A DNA stretch of 64,000 bases, from NCBI RefSeq assembly GCF_037042905.1, contig NC_087256.1, positions 6,944,001-7,008,000 on the forward strand. The letters are read 5' to 3'. Each line of letters starts with the position of its first letter. The first letter of the stretch is position 1. The DNA is from Lytechinus pictus. Lineage: Eukaryota. A model generated the notes under the pieces. That model worked only from the letters and a program-made list of their open reading frames with translations, was not told where the DNA came from and did not search any database. This document shows positions 37,778 to 50,890 of the stretch, piece by piece. The position numbers and the translations under genes are program-made.

Positions 37778-39990
37778 ATCCGGGGATTATGGTAATGCAA
37801 AAGATGGGATATGGTTGACGGTAAAAAAACATTATGCAAATTATCGAAAAGTTGTCGATAATTCCAACAATTCCTTTATGATCACTTTACAATTTTGTTT
37901 AAAAAGTGTAGATTTAAACAAAATTTAAAATCATCAAGTTCGGTGACTTATGAATGGCTCTTTTCGGGTGTATATTGTTACCATACGCGTCAGGAATAAT
38001 GAACAATTCCTTTCATGAATTCAGCAATGGTGATTGATCAAGATAGAAATTCAGTGGATGTTGTGGTTCTTGCATCATAAACTATTTGTTTGTAAGCCGA
38101 GTATGACAAGCCAACCCGGGTTTCAATCATTCGTTACCATGTTATCTAAATCTAAAAATATGTTGATGTTCATTAAGAAGGCTTTCGATCTATTTCAATT
38201 GATAGGGTAAAGTCAATTAGTTGCCACATGTTATATATGATCTGTAAACGCTCCCTGTTCCTATTTCAGTTTTGTCATACCAAACGTATGACTCAAGAAA
38301 TCCCATGCCATCTTCGGTAGATGTGAAACTACTCAATTCACAAAAATAACGCATGATTCTATAAAATAGCTGGTTCACTATATTACAGACAGTGATCATT
38401 AAGACGTCTTAATAACGTACTGTCTGTTAAATAATATAGTCTGTCTTTACAGAAAGACGATAGTTCATGCAAACAGGGTTTCCTGTGTCATGTATTTATT
38501 TGACTCCCATCACTGTTGCCTAAGGCTTCCATTGATCAAGAGAATGCTTACTTGTGTTAAACGTGACTTTTATTTCCGTCTGCACGATTTTACCTAGGCA
38601 GGTGATTGTAACGTATATAAAATGAATCGCCCCTTTGCTCACTGGAACAGCAGGCAAAATTATTATTGTAGATATTGCTTTGACATCTCCGTTTTACAGG
38701 GTCGTGATGTAAGTAAGCATTTAAATACCACGGCCGTAAACTTGTTTCTACGTTTACGAACTGATTTTACCCCCCCCCCCCTTTGGATCGTTACTGAGCC
38801 AAAATAAAACGAATTTGAGGTTTACAAAAACGATGAATGGAAATATTAGCTGAATAAAAACATGAAATGAATAAAGATTATGAGATGGATGAAAACATGA
38901 GGTGACATTATACGAGGTTGACAAAAGATAAAGCTGAATAAGATAAAGGGATATTCCTTAAAATGAACATGTAATATTAATTGCTCACAATACCTCCATT
39001 TCTTTTTAGAAGTCAATAAAATGTTATCTAATCCACATGTCGTCTGATTCTAGAAATGGTTCAAGTTAGTAATTTGACAATAATAGATACTGCAATTTGG
39101 TTTTAATGGGTAAAATGCAAATCAAGACTAAAACAGAAAGGAGGGGTTGGAGAAGTTATGAGTTTTCGAACTCGTTGAATCTAGGTTATCGCTTTGGATG
39201 TCCTAAGAGCCTCTACTACACAGCAAAAATTGTGTTGTCTGGTGAACATAAGGACAACTCCAGTAATTTTACTCCGGTGTTAAGTACTTGGTGTTAGATC
39301 AACACCTGCAAGTGTTATGTTCAGTCTCTGGGGTGTGATTTTAGCACCCGAGGGTGTGGTAGTCGATAGGTTTAAAAACTCCAGATTACATTGTTCGCTT
39401 CTGCGACGCAGACGCCCATTCTTATTTTAACATTTCAACAAAGTTATAAGATTAAAAATTATTGATAAACAAAATGAAATCAACAAATATGTATATATAT
39501 ATATATATATAAATATGTAAGAATAAATGAATGAACAGAAAATATAAGAATACAGTGGTAAAAAATAAACAAATATAATGTAACCATGAAGTAATAATTA
39601 TGAGAATGGTTTGATATGCAGTTGCATGATTACATGACGAAAGTAAGTTTTACTGTAATAAAGCGAATCAATCTCTACATAATGAGTTGATAAATAATGG
39701 GCTAATCACTTAATGCATGCATTTCCTTTGTATTAGTGAAAATGATGTTATTTTCCTTATTCACGTAGGATAGCAGCTCTTCATCCCTTTTCCAATTCTT
39801 CTCGAGGACAATCGTTGTGCCTCTTAGGCTATTAGATACTTCCGAAGGAAAGAACGGTCAAGTGTTAAGAAAAGAATCAGGGCAAGGACTTCAGAATGGG
39901 CGCTATGCACTACGTGATAGTAGAAATACAATTACGGAAATATACACTTTGTATGAAAGAAAACAACCCCAACATGGTATCAGATATCTG

Positions 39991-40242
39991 GGCCCCGTCT
40001 TACAAAGAGTTACGATTAATCCAATCAATCGTAACTCTATGGAAATCTATCAGTGTCATATTTTTTTTCCAGGAAATTTGCAAAATGTTCTTTGTAAACA
40101 AAGGAGATCACACCAAATTGTCAAGAAATCAATTAATTTATGGATATACAATCATATCTGGATTTTTTAAAAAACAAACATGCATTTTATATGTTGACTT
40201 TGCTGGTGATCGGATCAATCGCAACTCTTTGTAAGACGCCCC
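39991..40242. mobile_element. Harbinger-type MITE, same family as 25572-25848, TSD CTG
   Basis: GGCCCCGTCTTACAAAGAG ... CTCTTTGTAAGACGCCCC. CTG at 39988-39990 and 40243-40245. Confidence 0.88.
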
Positions 40243-40699
40243 CTGGTGTGAAATAGCCTTTTATATTTCCTTGTTTGCCAATAAACTATATTAATGATAG
40301 ACAGAGAGATAAAAGAATTAGATGATAGAGAAATGAATGAGGGGAGCTTTTACCATGACAGCAGGAATGCTGGATTATAAAAATGTTTATTCGTGTCTTT
40401 TCTAAATCGCAAAGTCCCATCGCGTTAGACCTTTCGCCAGGTCCTGGTTGATACAAACACATCTTCATGGTCAGGTTTGCGTTACTCACCCAATAGGCCA
40501 TCATCATATCTTCGTTTTCTATCATGAAACCTCTTCCCACTAAAATGTGAAATGAAGCTCTGTAAAAGCACGTGTTCATTAAATTGATTTAATAGGCAGG
40601 TGAGCCAGTCAATGGTAGGCGGGCTGAATATTGGACAGCGAGTGTACGTGCTGGTTAGAATTCTAATAGTACGCCTGCGTTGATTTCTACACGAGCATG

Positions 40700-40980
40700 A
40701 AGAAGGGGAATGACAGAAAGAGGGAGAGAGAGAGAGAGGTAGGGAGAGAGAGGGGTGAGGGAGAGGTGAATAGGGAAGGGGGAAAAGAGATGAGAGGAGA
40801 GGGAGAATGATAAAGACCTCCCGATTAACCCTTTGATTTCGGCACGAGCCTGAAAATAAATGATTGGTGAAAAGAGGGAGATAAGAGGAGGAAGCGGGAG
40901 GGAGATAGAATCAAAGAGAGAGGGGGTAGAGATAGCGAAAGAAGATAAAAGATAGATAGAGAAAGAGAATACCGAAGACA
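40700..40980. repeat. Purine-rich (GA) low-complexity tract
   Basis: G/A-rich on the + strand. Confidence 0.75.
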
Positions 40981-42559
40981 TATACCTATCAACTCACCTT
41001 CAAACGACCTTGTTACTTTGCATCTGTATTCTTTGATATTGACCGTCAGTCGAGTTGATGGTTGAAGCCGTGCGTGGTGACCGAGGAAGGAAGATGGGCA
41101 GTCAGTCCTCATGTGGCCAAGAGTTGATTGACCATTCCACCTCTAAAGTCCTAACATTTTACAATTCCCTCCGACTCCATTTTTAGAAATAAATCCTAGT
41201 AGATGAATCATTCGAGATTCAAGTTTCGAGACTTCTATTCCATTTCCATATCAACAAAATAAGCAAATACAATATATATCTTGATAATTATAGTTAATGC
41301 ATAGCACAAAAATGTAATCTGGTAATATGCTTTAGAAAATCGTCCAAAATTTATAATAGGTGTTTGCTATTGGCCTCTAATATTTTGTTTGATATTGTCC
41401 TTATTGGTCGCTTAGAGTCCCCTCTTTCTTCCTCACCCATTATGCTCTTTCCTTCACTCTTACATCATCCCCCTTTACTTCTTAAAGAAGATTACGCTCC
41501 TTATTTCATTTGCTATCTACTATCTGAAAAAAACACATTTGATTCTCAAGGGGGGGAAATATTGGAAATCTTTCCATTTTTTTTCTTCAAATTGCGATGC
41601 TATGCATTATTTGTTTCGATGGGAAAATTTCCTCGACCATACCAGCTTCACTTGAGTATCGCCTTTTTTGAACGATTGGTACTCAAAACCGTCGATGATT
41701 TTAGAGACTATTTTGTTAGGTCATTCAGTACATATCATGTAAAATTATATGTATTGGTTTTTTTTTCGGTTGCGTCACAGTGCATTTGTTTCGTAAGGCT
41801 GCACCGACACCAACATGAACATGATGATGTTGTTTATTCAGAATGTTGCTTTTTCTTCGAATGTCATTGTTTTTTAATATATAGGGCAAGAACTTGTGTC
41901 GTAGATGACTCTCTTGACACCACTTGAAGCACGCTTTAATAGTTAATAAAATAGGAGGGGAATGATTTTTCGAAATCGAATCGGGTGTTTGTGCTCCACT
42001 TAAAACGCTGAACAAGGTCGGATCAAAACGCTGTGACGTCATTTTTTGGTTCTGTTCATTCAGAAACACCCTCCGCTCTTTGATTGGAATTGATGACATT
42101 TAAAAAGCAAATTACGTCAGTTTATTGAGATGGATTTGATACGTCATATTGAACAAGTATAAGTTGCATGCAGTAGAGTTTAAAAAGTATTAACTTAATA
42201 TCAGGGGCGGATTCAGAATTTAATGCATTGTAAAGATGAATTAAATACTCGGGTTTTTTTGTATTGTCTTAAATTATGGGAAATGATAGTGGCTGTGTAA
42301 AATACTGCTACTTATTTTAAGCGGCACCCATGACAGAGTTTTTTTTTTTTTTTCGTGTGTGTGTGTGTCTTTGATAATGCATGTCGTTCCGTACTTCTGT
42401 CACCTTATTTTCATTTTTTGCTATCATCTCTTTTTTTTTCTTTAAAATATTTTTTCCTATTTATCACATTATACTTTCCCATTTTATATTATTGTGTATT
42501 TGTACATTTTGTACAATAAACGAATTTCCACATTTCATTAACTGTTACTTAGCCTTTTC

Positions 42560-42784
42560 TCATTTGCTTAATAGACATTATTTCTTCAACTCGCTCTACA
42601 AGCAATGTTTTTTAGTGGATCCCCTCATTTCCATACACGCTTAATACTATTTTATACAAGCTTTTATTATATAATTATGCTGAGGTAAAATTGATTTTGT
42701 ACTCATACTTTGGTTTGTATCTGTATTTGATTTATATTTGTCATGGAAATGAAAATAAACTTCTTGAATCTTGAATCTTGAATC
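42560..42784 (+). mobile_element. Probable LINE 3'-end remnant with a (TTGAATC)3 tail
   Basis: AATAAA at 42754-42759 followed by three copies of TTGAATC. The 5' boundary is uncertain. Confidence 0.5.
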
Positions 42785-43779
42785 TCAAACTTCATATGAT
42801 CAACACTCGTCTTAAATGTTTTGGCCTTGAAAAGAGTAATCGGAAATCTTTTATAACCACGAAATATTACAAAATAGGAACATGAAGAAAGTGAAGGAAA
42901 ACATAACACATTTGGCTTCCTCAATTTGAACGCAAAGGATTGATTATCTTTAAGAATTGCAATCCTTCCATTACAGTTTCAGATTATCAAAGCACAATCC
43001 AAATAAAGACATTAGGATGAATTACAAATATCTGAGATTCATGAGGTTATGACCCAATATTGATATCAGAGCATGAATATACCTTATCTAAAGGGAAGTT
43101 ATTTTGTATAAATACATTGCGCTAACTTTGGAACAGAGCACGTCTAGAGAAATACATATCCCATTAAAAAAATCTCCTATTGAATTCGAGAACTAATATG
43201 TATTTTCAATATTCGGAAAAAAATCTGCCTTAAATTGGTATAAATGACCAATCGACTGGTTGTAATCATCTTCATGACTGCATTATCATTGGTTTGAGCA
43301 TTCACTTTATTTTTGTGTTTCTTATTATTTTCATTATCGTTGTTTCGCGCATTCTATTAATTTTCGTTTTGGTCATTGTTTTGCGTGTTCAATTTATTTT
43401 CTGCTTTTGTTCTTGTTTTCATCACAGAGTTGACATCGATATCTGGTTTTGAAAATTGATGAGCTTTTAACTGAGTAAGGAAGTCAACATGATTCTTTCA
43501 CCATTTTGGAAAAGATGACCTATACATGGAGATGAGCAGGACTATCGAACTAGGAGTATATACAGCGTTACTAAATGATGGCTGTCATATTTTGTCAATT
43601 CATATTTGCAACGCAGTTTATCTTCCGACTGTTTACACTATATTTTGGATGTACGTAGTCCACAAATGTGAAATCGGATGCATATATACATAATCATATC
43701 AAGGGATATTGATGTAGCCTACTGAGGAGGAATACACACTAGCTCAATGATATTGGTTGATTTGGATAACGCATAATCA

Positions 43780-44100
43780 GAATCACTATCACCATCATCA
43801 TCAATACAAACACCACAGCCATCACCACTAGTACTATTATACAGGATCATCTGCGTTATCATTATTACCATCAGCAGCATTGTTATCTCCATCAGCATCA
43901 TCATCACCACCACAACAGTTACCACCACCACCATCATCATCACCATTACCACCACCACCATCGTCATCATCATCACCATCACCACCACCATCATAATCAT
44001 CACCATCACCACTAAAGGCACCACCACCATCAAACTAATCATCACTATCGTCAATCATCATCATCATTATCATCATTATCATCATCATCATCACCACCAC
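43780..44100. repeat. Compound (CAC/CAT)n microsatellite
   Basis: Directly visible. It explains ORF 43719-44054. Confidence 0.9.
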
Positions 44101-44219
44101 TGTAATTTTCACAAAAGCAGTACTATTTTGAATCGCTCTTCTCCATTGTGACTAGCGATTATTAATTTATTCGATCCGCCATCTGAACAACCTATTTCTC
44201 AATCACGCTGTTTGCAAGG

Positions 44220-44430
44220 AATGGAAAAGCCGCGCCAACGAACGAGTGAGCGTGCTCGCACCACGCATGCGCATTATTGCTTTGCACGGAAAACACGGTA
44301 ATGGGGAAAGTGGTCGAAATAAAGAGGAGCATTTGAATGATTGGAGTTAAAGCTGGAAGGTGTGTGCCTGACTGTCTCGCGTCAAACAAACAATCAGACA
44401 AAAAAAATCTCAAGCCAATAGCCAGCAGAT
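44220..44430 (+). promoter_or_regulatory. Candidate promoter of the GPCR gene
   Basis: CpG-enriched non-repetitive segment 0.6-0.8 kb upstream of the ORF. NRF1-like CGCATGCGCA at 44264-44273 and AGCCAAT at 44413-44419. Confidence 0.35.
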
Positions 44431-45025
44431 CATTAACCTTAGGGAAACACGTTTGGGAAATTATTCGCTTGAAGTGAGTTTCAGCATTATGGATATGGCT
44501 TGGAAGTAGATCCTGTTCGTGTTTTTAGGACATGGCTTTTTGCTGACGGTATCTCACAAGGCTGTCCGATCCTTCACGATTGATAGAATACCTCGTTCGT
44601 GAAGACAAAATGGAAAGCTGGTGAGTGATGAGCACAGCAGGATTTTTTACTCGCCGGAGGTACCTTGTCAACCTGAATTGTTGAAATGATTTCGCATGTT
44701 CAAGCATGTTACCTTTATAAACAATGACTTGCATACACATCGATCTTTCACAGCGGAACGAATTCGTCAGTTACGTTCTTTGAATCAGAGCAAACCATGC
44801 TTTTAGTAAACTTTTACAAGAACAAACAATTTGAATAACTTTTGTCACATCCAAGGGAAGTTTTTTCTTTGCAATAGATAAAAAAGGAGGATATCTGATC
44901 ATTAATACTACTCAAGGAAGAGCAGAGTTAAAAAGGAGCATTTTTAATATTTTAAAAACCGCAGAGAAGTTCTACCACCCAAAAACATCTTTTACGACAC
45001 CCATCTTGTCGCAACTTCCCTGCAA

Positions 45026-46462
45026 ATGTTGCCAGGTGAGTTTATCGCGAGGCAATATGAAATGACCACCATCCATGGTTTAGTTACCATGGGGCGAGAT
45101 GCAAACCAATCATTCCGTACTTCGATCTTAACGCAATCGGCAATGTCGCTTGCAGGAGTAGAAATGACCGGGGCGAACACCAAGGAGTTTGACTTTGCAT
45201 CCGAAAACTCATCAAACAATGCATCAGAGTTTAATATGGGAGAATTCAGAGGTCCACTTGACGGCCAGAGTTTACCTAGGACTGTCATCGTGGGCTGCAT
45301 CCTATGTTTCTGCTGCAGCCTTACGATATTCGGAAATATGCTTGTGATTGCTGCTGTTTACAGAGAGCGAAACCTTCGGACGGTAACGAATTATTTCATA
45401 GTTTCTCTCGCCTTTGCTGATTTGCTAGTCGGAAGCATCGTCGTGCCATTCGCCATCATTGACACCTTGACAGCCGGATACTGGTTCTTTAATGCAATTT
45501 GGTGTGACCTATGGCATGCGTTTGATGTTCTGGGTTGTACGGCATCTATTCTGAACCTTTGTATCATTTCTTTGGACCGCTACTGGGCTGTCACACATCC
45601 GATGAGCTACCCAACCCGAGTTACCAAAAAGATGGCAGGATTCCTCATTGTCCTGGTCTGGCTCGCTTCAGCTGCAATCTCATTCCCTTGCATTCTGGTC
45701 TGGCGTGCCGTGGAGCCTCCGCAACCCCCGCAGAAGTGCATTTTCCCGCAGAACCCTTGGTATCTAGTGATATCCTCATGTGTATCTTTCTACCTCCCTA
45801 GTTTAATCATGATGTTCACTTACTACAAGATCTACAGGGCAGCTGTAACCCAAATGCGCCACATCCGGTCAGGAACTAAGCTTGTATCCGCTAAAGCAGC
45901 TGATAAAACCCATATGAACGGTGCGGTGTCCCTACGTATACATCGAGGAGGAGGCGTTAAGACAACCGGAAGCCCTCTGAGTAACCAACATTCCAATAAT
46001 AATTTACACAATGGACTACCGCCAGAAATGAGGCCCCTTAACGTGCGACGGGACACCAAAATCGCACTCACCCAAGCCGCTGGCCGTCGGCTTCTCTCTA
46101 GAATGAACAAAGAACACAAAGCTGCTAAGACTCTGGGTATAGTCGTCGGTGTCTTCATCCTCTGCTGGTTGCCTTTCTTCATCATCAATGTCATGGCGCC
46201 ATTTTGTTTTGAGACCTGCATCTTAGCCCCGGACCTTGTGATACCCCTCGCTACATGGCTTGGTTTCATTAACAGTGCATTAAACCCCGCAATCTACGCG
46301 TTCACCAGCCGGAACTTCAAGAGAGCGTTTAAGCGAATCCTATGCCAATGTTGCTTGCAGCAGAAAAAGAGGCAGTACATCGAGGGCCATTCTGTTAAAG
46401 ACAGCACCCGTTTCATGAGCATTGATTCAGTTTATTCCATGGGTGATATCGCTCTTCAGTAG
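45026..46462 (+). CDS. Dop1R2: Invertebrate-type D1-like dopamine receptor (Dop1R2/DAMB/INDR class), rhodopsin-family GPCR
   Basis: Seven TM helices with GN in TM1 and SLAFAD in TM2. TM3 carries the amine-binding Asp in WCDLWHAFDVLGCTASILNLCIISLDRYWAV. TM5 has the catechol-binding serines in SSCVSFYLP. Other motifs: TYYKIYRAAV..GTK.V and LRIHRGG in ICL3, KEHKAAKTLGIVVGVFILCWLPFF, and NSALNPAIY. These match the insect Dop1R2 class as I recall it; no search was run. The N-terminus may be spliced (see findings). Confidence 0.9.
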   Translation: MLPGEFIARQYEMTTIHGLVTMGRDANQSFRTSILTQSAMSLAGVEMTGANTKEFDFASENSSNNASEFNMGEFRGPLDGQSLPRTVIVGCILCFCCSLTIFGNMLVIAAVYRERNLRTVTNYFIVSLAFADLLVGSIVVPFAIIDTLTAGYWFFNAIWCDLWHAFDVLGCTASILNLCIISLDRYWAVTHPMSYPTRVTKKMAGFLIVLVWLASAAISFPCILVWRAVEPPQPPQKCIFPQNPWYLVISSCVSFYLPSLIMMFTYYKIYRAAVTQMRHIRSGTKLVSAKAADKTHMNGAVSLRIHRGGGVKTTGSPLSNQHSNNNLHNGLPPEMRPLNVRRDTKIALTQAAGRRLLSRMNKEHKAAKTLGIVVGVFILCWLPFFIINVMAPFCFETCILAPDLVIPLATWLGFINSALNPAIYAFTSRNFKRAFKRILCQCCLQQKKRQYIEGHSVKDSTRFMSIDSVYSMGDIALQ

Positions 46463-48850
46463 AGCCACAACTAACCGAAGACTCTGCATTCAAAACCTGA
46501 CAACAATTGTCATTCTATGAATGTTCCAAAGAAATCGTGTACTTGGTGAAAGGAGTGTTAATTTAAATCATGAAGAATATTGATTAGGTCTCATTATCTG
46601 TACTCGTTGCGTATTTACCCACCGATAATTGGCAGGGGTCTCTGTTGTGTGTCATGGCTGGCTTACAGACATTAGTGGTAAGGCTAAATAAACAACGGAA
46701 TATTCAGAGAATTTCAATCTAGTCACGAGTAGAAAATTGTAAAATCAAGCTGTTCTAACAGGAGAATCGAAAAATCAATTTAAAGCGAGGGTGAAAAACT
46801 AGAGCCCATAATTGAAATTCATCACACTTTATCAATGACATTAAGGACCAAAACGTCACACATTCCCTCACAAAAATATGCCTTATCGGAGAAGAACTTG
46901 AGATGACCTTTTTCCTAATATCCATACCTTTTCATCAACCTTTATTTATTACATTTTTCTCTTTGGACGGTGATTGTAGTAATGAATTCCAAATATCATT
47001 TTCTTTTTGCTCCGTTTTATATAAAAACGTCGCCAGATTGTTACATTTTTGTTTTCGTAAATCGCAGTTATTAATCGTATAATTAATTTTGTTCGATAAT
47101 TCATCTTTTAAAAAGAAATCAAACAGTTCATCCAAAGGTCCATTTGTATTTCTGAATATCCGAATATTGTTTGTGTAAGTTGGGAAACGAAACGACGCTT
47201 CAAGTTTAATATATCTGGCAATCCTCCATGCAGTTCCTATTATTGGTCTTTATCTGTATTTGTCATGTGCACACTTTTCCATAGCGGTAACATGTCATTT
47301 TCTTTTATAGATTGAAAAGAGTTAGTTCATTGGCTCAGACTAGAGCGTGCACCGTGTTCATATGTATCTACGTTAGATGTAAACATACTATTTCGCAAGA
47401 TTAGACAAGTAATGGAGCCCATAATTTTTTCATTGTCTTACTTGAGTTATCCTTACATGCATTATGTATTACACACTGTTTCGTTTTTTACGATTTATTT
47501 TGGATCCTCAAATACACCTAAAGTCGTACTGACGTTACACTTATCTGTATAAGATGTGAACGTACTGCTTCATATGCCTTTATTTGCAATCAATTCCATG
47601 GATTGCATGGATTGTCAAACTTAAGTTGCCCTTACTTTGTCATTATTTGGAAGTACTGTTTCAATAGTTAAGAGTCATGGAGCCTCAGGTACACTGTACT
47701 TATCTATATAAGATATGAACGTATTTGCATTTTATGCTAAAGCAGTCTCACATGAGTTTCCCTTTTTTTTTTAGATTTTTAAGTTCAGTTTTAATAGCTG
47801 TGATTTATCAAGAAGCATCAATTAGATTTACTGTCACAACTCACCATTATCTGGGTTAGATGTGGACTTACTGCTTCCCGTGCGTCTAATGGACCCATTT
47901 TATATATTTTTTAGTAAAAAAATGGTTATCATTCAAGCAAATACCACTCTCGTTGGTAACTGATTGCAGTTAATGCCAATTTAGTAAGGCAATGTTTTTT
48001 TATTGAAAAATACCTGAATACCCCCCCTCCCCCTTTAACACACATAATACTTTTAACCCTCCCAGCCCTCCTAGGAATATGTGAGTTTGATTAAATACTA
48101 CCGTAACTTCGATTTATCTTCTTCACAATTATGATGAATGTTGCATTAAAAAGCTAGGAAACATTTCAGCTTGCTCCAGAAGAACACACACACTCACTTC
48201 GCAAAACAAAAACCCTCTTTGAACTTTGTTTCGTATCAAATGCCGTTGCAAAGTGTCCTTATTATTACATTGTGAATGAGACCTAACTTCTAGACAAGTC
48301 GATTAGTACGATATTTTTTGTTATGAGAAATTCGCAATTGCCGAATTTTGAAAATCCACCGCCCCCTCTCCTAGAAGAATCTCATTAATGTATTGTACGT
48401 AAGGAGACTGTAGCACCATTTAACATATTACCTTGTTAATGATTGACTGATTGCGATCAAGACGACAGCTATGGTCAATCTACCTGAGTATCGTTTCGTT
48501 TATGCAAGTAATCAGGAAGATGAATTTATTTGATTGTGTAACTCAATTTAGAGAAACAAATTCTGCAATAAACGTCTTTGAAATCTTTATTACAATATTT
48601 AAAAACTCCTTTCCTTAATTACCTTAAAAACTACACGTTTATCAACTCATTCGTATCCATAGGCTCCTATTGTTCGTAGCCTATAATCTGTTAGTGTATG
48701 TGTTAGTAACATACACTGACTCCCCATCTGCAAGTTTATGTTTGAATATTAAAACACCGTTTGAAGTTAATAGTTGCTTTGGCCGTTTGGTTATGCAATA
48801 TTTAATTGTACCCACATAATAGCACACAATTCATTAAATATGCAAGCTTA

Positions 48851-49071
48851 AGGCCCCTTGACACAATGCATTACGATTGGTCGCATGGCTCAAGCTTACG
48901 CTTGACTGCATTGGTAATTATGTGCAATCGATCGTAGAAATGAAATGTGCGATCAAATACTCAGCACTGTGCTACAGGGTACTGGATGTATTGCAAACAT
49001 AACGGTGTCTTAGACGTGGTTTCAATTACTTAACGTACATAATATAGCACGGGTATGCTGTATAAGGGCCT
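48851..49071. mobile_element. Decayed Harbinger-like MITE
   Basis: Degenerate short TIRs AGGCCCCTTGACAC ... GTATAAGGGCCT. Confidence 0.4.
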
Positions 49072-50432
49072 ATGCTTTATTAAATTATCTTCACTAATCA
49101 GTTGCTAATTAATGGCAAAGGGTATTCTCATTACTTTACCGGTTATCTTGGGTAATTAACATCACAAGTGCTTTCTTTAATAGGGATATGGGTCTCTCTC
49201 TCTCTCACACAATGATCACATGTAAATCTGCTTTTTCTTGATCTCTCCCTCTATCTCTCTGTCACTCTCTCTTCCTTCCTCTTTCTTTCTATCTTTTCTA
49301 TCTACTTATTTATATCTGGCTCTCTCACACCATTCTCGCTCTCTCGATGATCATGATGATATCTGTCTTTTGATCACTTCAATTTCGTGTCAGTGTTAGG
49401 TCCCAAAATCGATCGTAAATTATGAAATTGAAATCTGAAAACGATTGTAAATAGGATTATTATGTCTATGTCTATCTTTCCCTAGTTTTTTTTTCTCTCT
49501 CCCCTCTTTCGCTCTGATATTATAAAGCAATTCCCGAATTTGAGTTATAGATACAGTGTGAAGTTATCAAGACTCTTGCAAGAGTAACCCTTATGATTTT
49601 AAAGATGTATGTCACAATCCTGGCTCTTGAGGTAGAACTGGCGAATTTTTCATGTTTTCCCCCTTTTCGGCCAGAAATGTTGTTATTCATCAGGGAAACA
49701 ATAAATTACGCACTTTGGGTTATCATTATGAAATAAGCCTGTATACTAAACGCTTACTCTGAATAGTAGAGTACATGGAAGGTGGGATGAGAACTGAAAT
49801 AATTGCCATTAAATGAAAAATCGTTGAAAATCATACCGCTTGAGTAGAAAGACGTCACCCTGTACGCGAGATTTCCTGTCTATAAGAACATCGTTTTCAG
49901 TCATCGATATCTTATGAAAAATTCATGCCATAATGAAGAATTGATACCTTAAAACGGGGATTTAAAGGTAGATTGTAGTGGCTGGGGACTGGGAAGTCGT
50001 GAATGACGTGTGGTTGGGATAAAACTCAACTTGAAGGGGGAAAACAGAAACTCAATTCACAAATGAGAACTGGACGCTTGCCAAAGTTTTATAACAGGAT
50101 TTCCACGCAGATGATTGTGAGGATGCTGAGAAGGGAAGATCTAGTTTTCTGTCTAAATCCCTGCCGCAGGGTTTTGGAGGCAATCGTAGGTTATTCTATT
50201 TTTACTGTTTTATAAGAATATGTAATTTGTACTTGAAAGTAGCTACCGGAAACACCAAGGGCGCCGATTTAGGTAATACCCATTTACGCCACCTACTTTG
50301 TCCCCCTCCCACACTCCTTTCGCATGTTCTTTTTTGAGAAACTACGGATGTGATTCTTCCCCATTCTACGTATTCTGAACACTACACATTACATAAAAAA
50401 CTTGGAATTTAATATTCCATCCTTCCACATAT

Positions 50433-50890
50433 GTGACCAGCCACCTCAAATCCAACAATAAATCGCCGAAAGTGAATTTTGAGATTTTTATTGAATTTGA
50501 ACAAGCATACCCTAAGCTTTAATACAATATATGATTTGTCAAACTTAATCAATTATAACTCACTCAAATGCTTGATTGAATGCAGAGAAAACAACACGAG
50601 AGCTTCAGAAAATGAAGTTCAGGTCCACTCAAGCATGAGATGTTGCACACTTTGCAATTTCAATAAAACTTCCAAGCAGTCCACAAAAACTTGTGTCAAA
50701 CAAACTCTTGTATCTTGTTTTCTATTCAACTTTACAACTCGACAGTTTAACAGTATAACAATTGCAGAAGTACTTCCTCCTCCCTCAGACAAGCTTGAAT
50801 TTTGGCTTTTTGAAGACCAATTTACTATTTTGGCTATTAGCAGAGAACTTTCCATGGCGACTTATTGGTGGTTTTGGGGTGGTTGGTCAC
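50433..50890. mobile_element. Non-autonomous TIR element flanked by ATAT (superfamily not assigned)
   Basis: GTGACCAGCCACCTCAAATCCAACAATAAATCGCC and GGCGACTTATTGGTGGTTTTGGGGTGGTTGGTCAC. ATAT at 50429-50432 and 50891-50894. Confidence 0.78.

Noticed and set aside
37333-37839. Lys-rich 168-aa ORF
   Set aside because: It is the translation of homopolymer tracts inside a MITE.
40825-41112. Minus-strand exon ending at a donor-like AAG|GTGAGT (~40997)
   Set aside because: A single donor motif with no recognisable peptide or partner exon is too weak to call.
41364-42099. 187-aa and 124-aa ORFs
   Set aside because: AT-rich with no recognisable motif, consistent with chance ORFs.
44992-46269. Antisense and alternate-frame ORFs over the GPCR
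   Set aside because: Shadow ORFs of the coding sequence with no independent support.
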